A stretch of 64,000 nt of DNA from Macrostomum hystrix (taxonomy: Eukaryota; Animalia; Platyhelminthes): positions 1,612,001 to 1,676,000 of the forward strand of contig CATNEN010000029.1 of assembly GCA_950097015.1 (NCBI GenBank), given 5' to 3'. The translations under genes and the position numbers were made by a program. Positions 12,941 to 24,834 of this stretch are shown here, one piece after another. The notes below the pieces were generated by a model, which worked only from the letters and a program-made list of their open reading frames with translations, ran no database searches and was not told the origin of the DNA. Each line of letters starts with the position of its first letter. The first letter of the stretch is position 1.

Positions 12941-13219
12941 CTGCGGGTGCAGCGCCAGATGGCAGGTCCACCAAGCTGGCGCCTTGGCGAAGCAGTGCAG
13001 CCGGTCCTCCTCCCCGGCCAGGTAGTAGCCGTATTGCAGGCTGCGCAGAGCCCACAGCCGGGCGTCGCGGCTGTTTCGCTCCACCAGAAAGCGCTCCTCG
13101 ACGCCCGGTTTCTCCCGGCTGCAGGCGACATTTCCGTCTGAATCGGCCGACAGAAATCGGCCCAGATGCGACCTGAAGTACAGGCACTGGCTCGCGCCAT
13201 CCTGGACAGCCACCCAGGT
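12941..13219 (-). pseudogene. FSCN: Isolated fascin exon (most of the first beta-trefoil domain), 93 codons; no other fascin exons visible
   Basis: TW...FRSHLGRFLSADSDGNVAC...RF...WALRS..YYLAGEEDRLHCFAK..WWTCHLALHPQ matches fascin RSHLGRYLAADKDGNVTC...MHPQ; bounded by ccag| and CAG|gtagcc, both phase 0. Pseudogene status is inferred from the missing exons. Confidence 0.75.
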
Positions 13220-14067
13220 CTGGACGCCGCAGTGCGCTGGGACCCAGAAGAAATTGATCGCGGTCATCTCCGCTGTGAAGCTGCTGCAAAGCGCTCTTGC
13301 GGCCGCGTGGTCCTCCTTATCCTGTGCCTCCCATTGCGCGATTGCCGCCCCTCTTCCGTTTCGAGTGCCCTCCAGGGCAGAGCCGTCCGTCCAAATGACG
13401 TGCGGGGCCACGCGAAGGCGGGCCCCGGTAGGCTCGGCCAGCTCGGCGCGTGCGGTGGACAGCATGTGGCGGCTGCAGATGTGTGCGAGGCTGGTGTCGA
13501 AGGAGACCCGGCTATCCTCGATCGTCCAGGGGGCCGGGCCGAGCGGTTGCGGTGCTCTCGGTAGACTGTCGAGTTCGGCCGTTCAGTCGAGTTTTAGGGC
13601 GGCTCTGCGCCAGCAGTTCCTGAAAGGGCGCTCCGCCTCCTGAAGGGCGCCAATGTTGCGGTTGCGCTGTCCCGCGGTGTTGTTGTTCGCGTTGCGGGCC
13701 TGTCTACGCTGGGATGCCTCAAAGTTGCGGTTCTTAAGCCTGGGTCGGACGGTCGCTTCGGTGACGGCCTGCGAGGGTGAGCCGCCCGGGAGCCGCGCCA
13801 TTCTCTCCCGAAGGCAGCAGGCTCTCTCAGCGGTGGCAAATTGGCCACGGCCAGCAGCTTCGACGTCTCGGTCGGTTGTACGCAACCGGTAATGAGTCGG
13901 GCGCAGGCATTCTATTGACGGTCGGCCAGAAGGCGGGCGCTGGGCGCGGCGCAGTTGTACCAGGTGCCGCTGCCGTAGTCAGCAACCGCTCGGCAGGTTG
14001 CGATTTAAGCGGCGCGCAGGGTTTGCTGGTTAGCGCCCGTCTGCCGGCTGGCGAGCATTTGTATAAT
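13220..14067 (-). mobile_element. Decayed non-LTR retrotransposon ORF2 fragment (end of RT, connection, RNase H; I-group/Ingi-like)
   Basis: Translates as MLASRQTGANQQTLRAA*IATCRAVADYG..W...Q*NACARLITGC..LLAVANLPPL, then PAPW and RNase H motifs IWTDGS, SSFTAEMTAI and WVPAHCG; two premature stops, frameshifts and a large internal deletion. Confidence 0.85.
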
Positions 14068-14539
14068 ATCTAATAGGCGCATGTCACTATCATGAACGGT
14101 GGATGGCGCTAGCTGGCACTCGATACTCTGGGACAGCAAATTAGAACAACTTTTTCTGACGGTCCGATGATCAGAACGTTTCTGTCAGATGCACAGTCTC
14201 TTTATATACTCACTATTCAGTGTACAGGCCAGTCGGCACTGGCACAGATCGTGGGAGGCCCACCCTCCTCCGCCTTGATTAATTAAGCTGAGATTGTCGT
14301 CCCAGTGGGAACCTAAGAGACTGGGCTGGGTCTGTGAGCTTTATCTAGAAATTAATGGACCTATGGCCTATCTGGCATTGTCTAAGGCCGGCTTTTGCTC
14401 TGGTAAACTGCCGTCTTTCTCTCCAAGGCCTGCAGTGCTGTAATCTTGTCAAATCCGCAAATCTGTTCTTTTACAAATGGTTAACATATTTTAAGATAAT
14501 TAAACTCAAATAAACGAACGTATGAACGTAAAAGTACGG

Positions 14540-14690
14540 AGTGTGCGTGTGTGCTTTTGCGCGTGTGCGCGTGCGCGTGTGCACATATGTGTGTGTGCTT
14601 GTGTGCACATATGTGTGTGTTCTTGTGTGTGTGTGCTTGTGTGTGTGTGCTTGTGTGCACATATGTGTAATATACCTTGCAGAAAACTCA
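14540..14690. repeat. Imperfect GT-rich microsatellite
   Basis: GTGTGC/GTGTGT runs. Confidence 0.85.
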
Positions 14691-14952
14691 AAAAGAATAA
14701 ATTGGAAATCTGAGAATTCTGACTGAGCTACGAGCTTTGAAGCCACGCAGTTTGGTCAGGCGTGATAGTAAAGGTGTGTCTGGAGTCAGTCGCACAGGCT
14801 TTGCTGCTTCTTACAGGTCTGCAGGGGAATCTCCGAGGCTGATTAGATAATGTGCAATCTCTCTCTGCATTATTTATTTTTTCATTGCACTCCAAACTAG
14901 GGACACCTGGCCATTTTGACAGGCATGAGACAACTTTGAGCACAGAAAAAAC

Positions 14953-15837
14953 ATGACTAGGACTAATCTTGCTCCAAACAGCAACCAGATTGAAGGCATG
15001 ACAGATCCGTTCATGTTGGATCAGCAGCAGGCTGACACTGCGGAACAGCGCCTGCTAGCAACCGCGGACGATTGGCGAGCTATGCGACAGCTTCGTGACG
15101 CAGGCTCACGGACTGAGGCAATGGAGCACAGTCTCCAGGTTCTAAAGGGTGAGCTGGCTTTGAGCTTCCCGGCTTTCTTGCTCTGCATCAGCACTATAGT
15201 TTGATTGTCGAATGACAATTTTAAACCAGCAGGCTCCGTCCGAAGCGACGTCAATTGGAGCTTTGAGGAGCTCGACGAGACGCTGCAGCTGTTGGAGCGA
15301 CTCGCCGACGCCCAGAATGATCTGGAGAATTCAAAATCGCGCCCAATTTTATTAGAAGAATCGCGTAAAATCGTCGTCAAATTAGAAAGTGAAGCGGGCC
15401 TAGCGCCTGCACCAGCCGTGTTGTTGATGAAGAACGGGGCATCTGCTGAACTGCCGACGACTTCCACTATAGACGAGCAGGTAGATAAAAAGAAAGAAAA
15501 TTATGTGGTGCTCCAATGTGCCAGTCTGTGGAGCTTCAGTGTGTCAGTCTGTGGAGCCTCAGTGTGTCAGTCTGTGGAGCTTCAGTGTGTCAGTCTGTGG
15601 AGCTTCAGTGTGTCAGTCTGTGGAGCTTCAGTGTGTCAGTCTGTGGAGCTTCAGTGTGTCAGTCTGTGGAGCTTCAGTGTGTCAGTCTGTGGAGCTTCAG
15701 TGTGTCAGTCTGTGGAGCTTCAGTGTGTCAGTCTGTGGAGCTTCAGTGTGTCAGTCTGTGGAGCTTCAGTTTATTGCCATAATCCCGTGACTTAGTCGAC
15801 CAACCTCAAGAATTCAGAGGCTCAGAATACTAAATTA

Positions 15838-15882
<45 letters not shown>

Positions 15883-16203
15883 CAACAACAACAAAAACAG
15901 GATCAGCCTCAGAAGAAGAGAGTATCTTGGCAGCGGCACACGCGAGCCCCTGACGGCGAAGTGCGACAGCTGGACTCGGGCGAAGGTCGCGCGTGCGACT
16001 ACACGAAGTCGAGACTGAAGCGACTGGTGGTCATGCTGTGCCGCCACCGGCTGTGGCTATCGATCAGTCTGGTGGTAGCTCTCGTACTTATGGTACTATT
16101 CGCCCTGTCTATGGCCAAATCGCGAAGGATCAATAGATACTCGTACGCTGCCAAAATGAACGCATCACAATCGGTGCTTACTACTACCGCTCCTAGTCAG
16201 TAG
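14953..16203 (+). CDS. Unidentified 269-aa protein with a helical/coiled-coil-like region, polyQ tract and one C-terminal TM helix; exons 14953-15148, 15230-15480, 15841-16203
   Basis: AAGG|gtgagc (phase 1) joins ccag|CA; CAG|gtagat (phase 0) joins tacag|CAG; 810 nt open to TAG; hydrophobic LWLSISLVVALVLMVLFALSMA. No family recognised. Confidence 0.65.
15515..15770. repeat. 23-bp minisatellite, about 11 copies, filling intron 2 of the unidentified gene
   Basis: Unit CAGTGTGTCAGTCTGTGGAGCTT. Confidence 0.95.
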
Positions 16204-16359
16204 TGTAGTACGCAACCATCGCAGAATTTGTAAAATAATTTTTGTAAATATCATTGTCTCAGAAAAAATTATTTTAACAAACCAGTTCTTTAAAAAATTC
16301 GATATAAATAAAAGGTACAAAACATTATTTTCTTTTTATTTTGTTGGTGCTTATTTAAA

Positions 16360-16477
16360 GGCTGGGTGAATTGAAACAATGCAGAGTAAAGTGTCTTGCT
16401 TAATGACACAAATTGTTCCAAGGGAGTCAGGAATCGAACCCCCGACGTTCAAGTCGTGAGTCCTTTGATCTAACCAC
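16360..16477 (-). mobile_element. tRNA-derived SINE, 5' part (same family as 57451-57750)
   Basis: Reverse complement GGACTCACGACTTGAACGTCGGGGGTTCGATTCCTGACTCC...TGTGTCATTAAGCAAGACACTTTACTCTGCATTG aligns with the copy at 57471-57570. Confidence 0.8.
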
Positions 16478-17089
16478 AAGGTACAGTCATACAATGCTAC
16501 TCGAGAAAGTTGTTTTGGCTAATTCAGCATCGAACTTAGCGGTTCAGATATTATACAAAAACATAGGATTCGAACCACTGCCCAGCCTTGGCGAATGAAG
16601 GTCAAACAATGGGCGATGGTGTTCGACCACTATCAAAGCGCAAATGTGCATGGAAAGTAGCAATTTTTTACACGCACCTTTTGACTGATCGGTTTGAACT
16701 TTTACAAGGCTAAGGCCTAAAGACAAATTTGACTGTTGATTGTGGAGCAATAAAATAATGATTTCTAGGCGACACCAGTGAAAGAGGGTGGAATTTCATT
16801 TAATCTTGTGCAACAAAAATGCGGCATTAGGTAAAAGTATTATCGCTCCTACAGTACGCCTAAAGAACTCGGAGCTTCACTTGAGGGTAACATTATTAAT
16901 TCTTCAGGTCAGCTTAGCCAATGTGACCGAACTTCGTTGAAAAAGTGATGTCACAGCGTACGGCTGTTCAGTCCATGGACTGGGGGGACGCTACAACTGC
17001 CCTCAATTTCTTGAAATCAATTTCCATTGGCCACTCAAACTTTACAATTTTCTTGTCTGTGTGTTCAAAAGCAATAAAAATTGCTTTTA

Positions 17090-17280
17090 GACCAGTGCAT
17101 GGTCAAGAGCTTCTGAGGTCGAGAGTTCGATTCTCAACCCAAACGAAGGCATCAGCAAGATGCGAGTAATTCATTCCCCGGCGCTTTAATTTATCCCCTC
17201 CCCAGTCTATGGACTGAAAAGCTGTGTACAGTCTTCGGAAGCGCCATTGAATAGCTGCGGCTGTGCCAATTGTTGCATTT
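17090..17280 (+). mobile_element. SINE-like fragment (B-box-like head plus shared SINE body)
   Basis: AGTTCGATTCTCAACC (also at about 2203) followed by CCCCAGTCTATGGACTGAA...GAATAGCTGCGGCTGTGC, shared with 57600-57660; an inverted body fragment lies at about 16955-16990. Confidence 0.55.
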
Positions 17281-17890
17281 CTATCTACCTGTTCATTTGC
17301 AATTAAACATTCTCTACAGGTAACATTCCTAAAAATTTACCGAGACAAGCAATCGACTCAATCGAACTTTAAGAATCATACGAGTATTTTGTTCCAAAAC
17401 TTAAAAACAGAGCTCACTATTATTATTTGAAAACATTCTTTCTGTTTTGAAACAGTCTTCGTACAGTTTAAAAAAATAGAGGATACAATAATTAGATAAA
17501 TAAGATAAGATTTTTTTTAGCTTTGAGTCATTTCAATTTCGGTTCAAACAAAACGTGTTGTCAAGTTAGGTTTTATATCATATTTGGCGAGCTGTGCCAA
17601 CAGTGAAAATCTGTCAAAGCGTTTTCACTGGGTAGCAACACAGGTGACACAAGTGACTCTCTTGCTGCACACGTGCGCCCGGCGTGACTTTCAGTTTTTG
17701 TGAATCAGTACAGGAGGAATTGGAATCCACAGAGAAGTGGACTCTCGATTGCATTCACTGCTGGGCAAGATAAGAGACACTTCACCTGGCGATGGCATAT
17801 ATACAGCATCGGAAAGTGCCTGCCCTCCCTCATCAACCGAGCTTTAAGAAGCAGACTGTCCACTAAATATTTGCCAACAAGCAGCTAGCC

Positions 17891-19766
17891 ATGTCAGACG
17901 CGACCAACAGGTGAGCAAAATAATTGACGAGTACAGTTTCATCCCTTGTCTTTAACTGAAAGCTATTTGATTGGCTGACACCAAATGCAAATTCTTAACT
18001 CCACTTTGCAGCCTCGACTCCATCCACAAGCCCATTGACGTCAACGATGCGACCAACGATGATCCGGAGAAGCAGAAGCTGCCCGAACCGTCGCTGATGC
18101 CGCCAACGCAGAGGAGGACATCGCCAGCTGTTCGCATCCTGCTGATCATCTTGCGATTTGTGGCTCTGCTGGTCTGCCTGTACTTCTTCATCTGCTCCCT
18201 GGACCTCATGAGCGCGGCATTTCGCCTCCTTGGAGGTCGTCAGATTGGCGACCTGCTAGCCAACAATGTCGTGTTCGCCAATCCAGTCGCCTGCCTGATG
18301 ATGGGAGTTCTCCTGACGGTCCTTGTGCAGAGCTCGTCCACTTCGACGTCGCTCATCATCACAATGGTCGGCGCTGAGATCATCGAGCTGCGCTCATCGG
18401 TCTACATGATCATGGGCGCCAACATCGGCACCACCGTCACCAACACCATCGTCTCCCTCGGCCAGATCGGCGATAGGAAGGAGATGGAACGAGCCTTCGC
18501 CGGCGCCACTGTGCACGACATGTTCAACTGGTTGACCGTGCTGGTCCTGCTACCCGTGGAGATGGCCAGCGGAGCTCTCTACCACCTGACAGGACTCATC
18601 GTGAGCAGCAACTCAAACAGCACTTCCAGTGTGTCCAGCCCACCAGACTTTCTCAAAGTTATCATTTCGCCTCTCACTGACCTGGTGGTCCGCCTAGATA
18701 GTAAACTGTTAAGGGACCCGGAGCTTCTGCGCAACAGCAGCACTCTGTTGAAAGTCTGCTGCAAGAGTGGCAAGAACGGCACCTGCGATGAAAAATGTGA
18801 GCTTCAAAGCATTTTTAAAGCAAGACAAAATAGTCAGACCAATGACCATTTTACTCAGATTTTATCGCCAAATCTTACAACGAGAATCCGATTCGTCTTC
18901 CAGGCGCCTTCATGTTCATGGATGTGGCTGGCCACTGGGCGGACGCTGCCATCGGAGGCATCCTGCTGGCCATGTCATTGGCCGCCCTCATCGGCTGTCT
19001 GGTCGGCCTCGTGCGGATTCTCCGCTCCCTGCTGGAGGCGAAGGTCAAGACAGCCATCGAGCGAGTGACACGGACGCAGAACCGCTGTCTGAGCTTCGCC
19101 ATGGACTACATCGCCCTGCTGGTCGGCGCCTGTCTTACCATCCTCGTACAGTCCTCCTCAGTGCTGACGTCAACGCTGACGCCTCTCGTTGGCACCGGAG
19201 TCATCACCGTGGAGATAATGTACCCAATCACACTGGGCTCCAACATCGGCACCACCACCACCGGCCTCCTCGCTGCTCTTGCATCGGCCGAGGCTAGAAG
19301 CTTACAGACAGCGCTCACCCACCTGTTCTTCAACGTTATCGGTGTACTTATTTGGCTACCTGTACCATTCATGAAGAGCATTCCGATCGCACTGGCAAAG
19401 AAACTTGGCGCCGCCACAGCCGCATACCGCTGGTTCGCAATCATCTACATCCTGTTCACCTTCCTCCTGATTCCTCTGATGTTCTTCGGCCTATCGCTGG
19501 TGCACACTGTGGCTGTCTACGTCGCCTTCGGGCTGCTCGTCGCTCCCATGCTGACGGCTGGCGTCGTCAGCCTGCTGCAGTCGAAGAAGCCGCACTGGCT
19601 GCCAGCCGTCATGCGCACCTGGGACTTCCTGCCAAAACCGCTGCGGTCTCTGGAGCCCTATGACCGCCTGATGTCCTGCGTGTTCAGCTGTTGCTGCTGG
19701 AAGCGAAATCAGGTCGATATCAGCGTTGAAATCGACTGCGAGTCAAGAAAAGATTCCTCTCTATAA
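17891..19766 (+). CDS. SLC34A: Type II sodium-dependent phosphate cotransporter (NaPi-II), 555 aa; exons 17891-17910, 18012-18796, 18904-19766
   Basis: LYFFICSLDLMSAAFRLLGG, both QSSS repeats, GANIGTT / GSNIGTT, RAFAGATVHDMFNWL, YRWFA and PLRSLEPYD; splice phases AG|C and T|GC are consistent; C-terminal Cys cluster and SSL end. Confidence 0.95.
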
Positions 19767-21182
19767 ACTCTGATTTATCTATTTGCAGTGTGTCATTGCA
19801 TACATAGCATCTTTTATATTGTGTTACGGGCATTATAATTATAATTGTACATGTCTTTCTTTATAATCGACTCTCATTGCGAAGAATCTTCCGCATGTCA
19901 ATTTTTTATGCTCAATACCGGTACTTTTCATTTTCTGTTATCCTACTGCTCCAATGACAAATTTAAATAAATGAAACTTTACTTTTGCATTATCATCTGT
20001 CCGAGCGTTCATGAATGTAGTAAATTGCATGAGATAATGATACATTTTTCTGCACTATTTTTTGGCGCGAGCGCTGCAATGACATTAACACTCAAAAGCC
20101 TAGTGCGATTCTATCCATTGCTATGTGCTTTAGTCTATGGGTATGAACCGCGAGGAGCAGAGTGAGAAAGCGAAGCCCCACTTCCTACCATAGACAAAAA
20201 TGTTTGTCTAAGTGTTGTAGGGCTAAATTATATTACTGCTGTCACCAAAGTTGTTACAGGCCTCTTTCTATTATATTTACTGTTTAAATGTTATTATCAA
20301 AATTGTTATAAGATTGTCACACAATATTTAATATCCGATTACTGTTATCACAGTGGTTATTAACCTATCTTATAATTTAATGCAATATAAAGCTCTTAAC
20401 TCTTAATGGTAGCGTATTTAAGTCTGAATTGGTAGCGTTTATATATAGTAACCGAGCTTTAATGTACGTATTTCATGCAATTGTATAGACTTATATATTT
20501 GCTTGTTAAGCAGGTTCTGGTTTGCAATGTTCAGTCCGCTTTTAAGGCGTTACCAATGATCTAAGGATTACAGCTCTTTCTTTATATCTCTCTTTATATC
20601 AAATGAATAACTCTTTTTATGAACACTTAATCTGAAAGATACTTATTTGAACCTTCAAGTCTTTTGGATATTTTCCGCTCTTGACAAGGTTAGTTTTCCT
20701 TCATTAAACTCCCGTGTATTTATAGTATTCTCCGAGGCCCAACTTGTAATTATAACAAATGGTTTTAATATTTGAGTGCATCAAAACAAACATTCGTGCA
20801 TTAAAACAATTGAGTGCAGTAAAACAAGTATTTATCGAAAATGATTTTTGGTTTCTAAGAAAACGTTAAATTTCAAATGCATGATACGGTATGATTACTA
20901 ATGCTTAAAATCGCCCTATTACATAAGCTATTCCTTGAATGTGGTCTACTAAACTTTAGTCTATGAACTAGAGCGACATTAATACATGTAAGGACATAAC
21001 CGCGAATCCTACGTGCGTCTTAATATCACCAAAAGTACATATCAATGTTGAATGTCTATGGTCAAACCCGATTAGTTGCAACATAAAAAGCGTGCTGTTA
21101 AGGCATTTCCGTGCTGTTAACGGGCAGCAGTAAATTGTGTGCATTAATTTCCAATTGTCTATGGTCAAAACTCAGGGGATTT

Positions 21183-21461
21183 TTAAAAGCTTCATGTATG
21201 AATAATTGATCCTCATTATATTTTCGCTTATTTATCATGAAGCACAATAGCCACTCAATAGCTATCTCGTGACTATCTCAATTTTACAGTCACTTTCTAA
21301 TCAAGTATAAGTGCATTCCGGGAATTGTGTCGCATTTTTTATTAAAAAAACAGTAGGCCAAGCTGTAGGCTAATTTTATGTCTGCTTGGTTGCTATTTTG
21401 CTTCATGATAAATGGACGTAAAGAAAATGAGGATCAATTATTCATGAATGAAACTTTTTAA
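21183..21461. mobile_element. MITE-like element with about 70-bp imperfect inverted repeats and TTAA at both ends
   Basis: 21181-21251 versus the reverse complement of 21392-21462, about 80% identical by eye (core ATGAATAATTGATCCTCATT / AATGAGGATCAATTATTCAT). Confidence 0.6.
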
Positions 21462-21820
21462 ATTCGTTGAAGAGGCATGTTTTGCAAGTTATGTTAAAAG
21501 AACAGCATTGGATCTGTTTCCAATAAAAAGTTATCAACATTTTAATGTGAACAAACGTGAAAAGTTCCTATCTCTCTAGTGCAGTTTTCTTTGAAAATGA
21601 GCCTTTGATAAATTTTCCAAGAAACGAAGTGTCCCGTCCTTCTTCTTCTAGTGGTCCTTGCTGCATGCACCTAGCTTTTTCATTGCGTGCTAAAAGTTGA
21701 CTATTTCATGGACATGAAATTAACCGCATTCTATGGAAAGTCTCCATTAATAGCTGCAATCGTAGTTTTGTCTATGGCCGTAACCAAAAATAAAGAAAGG
21801 TCGGCGAATTTTGAACTTTG

Positions 21821-21913
21821 TCCTGCGTGTTCAGCTGTTGCTGCCCAAAGCGCAACCAGGTGGACCTGATGGTGGAGTTAGAGATCAGCAGCCACGAGAA
21901 AAGTGCTCTGTAG
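21821..21913 (+). pseudogene. Detached 30-codon C-terminal fragment of an SLC34 paralog
   Basis: SCVFSCCCPKRNQVDLMVELEISSHEKSAL* versus the intact gene's SCVFSCCCWKRNQVDISVEIDCESRKDSSL* (19674-19766); same length to the stop codon. Confidence 0.75.
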
Positions 21914-22670
21914 CTGCAGTTTGTTTTTTTCCCCGTTATTTGAGTTAAAAAATCTGCTATAGAGATGGAGGTGGTACTGTGTCCCGCCTGGCTAGGTATA
22001 AACGTCATTTTTCCTATCAACGAGTTCTATGATGTGAAGCTTCAACAGAACTTCTGTCGTGTCAGAACCTCGAATTAATGTTTTATTGTTGCTTTTTTCA
22101 GCAACTTGAAAATTAACTTAAACAAACAATATAAGCAAAGTTCTAAGGTCTTGGCTAACGAACCGTAACTTGGGTTGGCCATGGAGATAAATAAATTTAT
22201 ACTGGGCTACTTTTTACATGTCTAAATTTGGCAAGTCATTTTTTCGTCCATTAAAGAGTATTGACGTGGTACATACTCGATAATAATATGTGTTTTATTG
22301 CCAAAATAATGATTCTGTCTACTCCGCATTTGCATAATAACACCTGTAAAAGGGAAAGTCAAATGTTAATTAGCATGCAAATCATTTCATATCAACACGC
22401 CTCACACGCGTGTTCTGCAGAGAGATATATCATTAAGTAAATATGCTTATTGCAATTTAATCTTGCGCTTATAGAATACCTGTGGAACCTCGTCGTAACT
22501 CTGCTTTTAGAAAGATTAACTGTGAATTGTTTCTCAAATTTATATCCCTTGGCAAGAGCTCGTACTTTTCTCTGCCATCTTCAGCTCATTCAGTTGTCTG
22601 CTTTGATTAGGCGTCCTTAATTATTTTTGGCCTATTTAATTTAACAGCGTAGAATCAGGTTAATTTAATT

Positions 22671-22706
22671 TAACCCTAACCCTAACCCTAACCCTAACCC
22701 TAACCC
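22671..22706. repeat. Interstitial telomeric-type repeat (TAACCC)6
   Basis: Six perfect TTAGGG-complement units. Confidence 0.9.
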
Positions 22707-23934
22707 TTTTTTCTATCTCCTAAAACTCACAACTAATCGACATGAAAACATAACGCCGGATAACATTTTCCACTCTGTCCAATGAAACTATACTTTTAAT
22801 ATACTAAAAATGTAATGCTTGGTTGCTTGTAATTGATTTTCTCCCATATAGTATGCGAGTATATAGGATATAGGATAACCCTATAGGATATAGGATATAC
22901 TCGTATAGGATACGCCATATCCCATCTCCCATATATAAGATCCGCCATAAAGTTTTATACAGAGCAATGTAAAGTTATTAAAAACTTACCAAACTTACCA
23001 AAAGAACCTTGACGACAACCAAGCATCCTGCAGCCGAGGACGACCCGCATACCATTGGGGAGCCGGCTGAGCGCCGCCCTTTAAGCCCCCAAAACCGGCG
23101 GTTTGCGGCGCTCCCTGAGCCCAAAGCGTGCGATTTTCGAGTTTCATCAGCAAGACGACGCCCTTGGGACTGCGCTCTCATCTGCCACAACAGCGTCGGC
23201 GGCACGATGAACTTAACTTGAGGCTTCGCGATACATCCTGCAAGAAGCCGGTGCATCCTAACCCTAACCTTGACTGCTTGGATGGACAGCATGCCGAAAT
23301 GGCTTGACTGGATGTCACTGTAGTAACAAGTACAAAGTCATACGTCAGATGAAAAAATCGAACCGGATAGCATTTCGTTATGTGTATGCTGTACATTGAA
23401 TCCCAATTTACGAGTATATGTCATGCTAAGTTTTACAAATTAGTATTTTAATGAAATAAGAAACGACAGGCGCAGCCGGTTGCAAATGATCCATTGTCTC
23501 GCTGGAAATGTCTACGAAGGCATTTTGTGCGCCGACAATTTTTTGCCTCTAATGGTGCACAGGTAATTGAAAAAAATTAGAAATAAAAAAAATCTGTGCT
23601 GTAAAAAGTTTCTACAATATGCTTGTGTTATATAGGAATCAAAACACATTTCTTGAATATTATATTTTCTATGCATTGTCCACGTGCATTCTTAGATAAA
23701 GTTCTTGTAGAATGTCCATCTACAACTGCAATGTCCATCTCACTAGTTGTCGTTGGGGCACAGTCTACAAAACAAGCATCGGAGTTCAAGCGCAATTCTG
23801 CAGTCAGTTTTTCTGCAGTCAATTTGCCCTGGTGCTTTTTATAGGTCTTATGAAAAAGGGTGTTTCGGCGTTGTGAAATTTCGGTCTTGTGAAGCCACCC
23901 CCATCATACAGCGACTGCAGGATACAGCGAAGCA

Positions 23935-24610
23935 GGATAGGCTACGGCGAGACAATGGACACAGTATAGGCTACGGCGAGACATAATAATGGACACAGGA
24001 TAGGCTACGGCGAGACAATGGACACAGTATAGGCTACGGCGAGACATAATAATGGACACAGGATAGGCTACGGCGAGACATAATAATGGACACAGGATAG
24101 GCTACGGCGAGACATAATAATGGACACAGGATAGGCTACGGCGAGACATAATAATGGGCACAGGATAGGCTACGGCGAGACATAATAATGGGCACAGGAT
24201 AGGCTACGGCGAGACAATGGACACAGGATAGGCTACGGCGAGACATAATAATGGACACAGGATAGGCTACGGCGAGACAATGGACACAGGATAGGCTACG
24301 GCGAGACATAATAATGGACACAGGATGACCTACGGCGAGACAATGGACACAGGATAGGCTACGGCCAGACAATCGACACGGTATAGGCTACGGCGAGACA
24401 TAATAATGCACACGGGATAGGCTACAGCGAGACATAATAATGGACACAGGATGGCCTACGGCGAGACAATGAACACAGGATAGGCTACGGCGAGACAATG
24501 GACACAGGATAGGCTACGGCGAGACAATGGACACAGGATAGGCTACGGCGAGACAATGGACACAGGATAGGCTACGGCGAGACAATGGACACAGGAGAGG
24601 CTACGGCGAC
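23935..24610. repeat. 29/34-bp minisatellite downstream of the SYT15-like stop
   Basis: GATAGGCTACGGCGAGACAATGGACACAG with or without a TAATA insert. Confidence 0.95.
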
Positions 24611-24834
24611 ACTCTTAGGAAAAGTAATTGCTATTGCGACACGGCATTGGGTACAACAGATAGGAAAAAGTTTAAAATAATTGAAATACACTTTAATATT
24701 ACTTAAACTGCATACAGCTTGAGTAGTATACGAAAAACTATGAAATTACCCCTGTTTGTACTAGTTTTCAATCCTTATTGAGTAAAAAGTTAATAATTTA
24801 CTTAAAAGTATACTTCAAGTAGAGTATTGCGGGC

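Noticed and set aside
16110-16203. KASH domain at the end of the orphan TM protein
   Set aside because: Tail length fits, but the terminal PPPx motif and conserved Cys are missing.
22978-23396. Short GC-richer ORFs on both strands
   Set aside because: No recognisable motifs or consistent splice partners.
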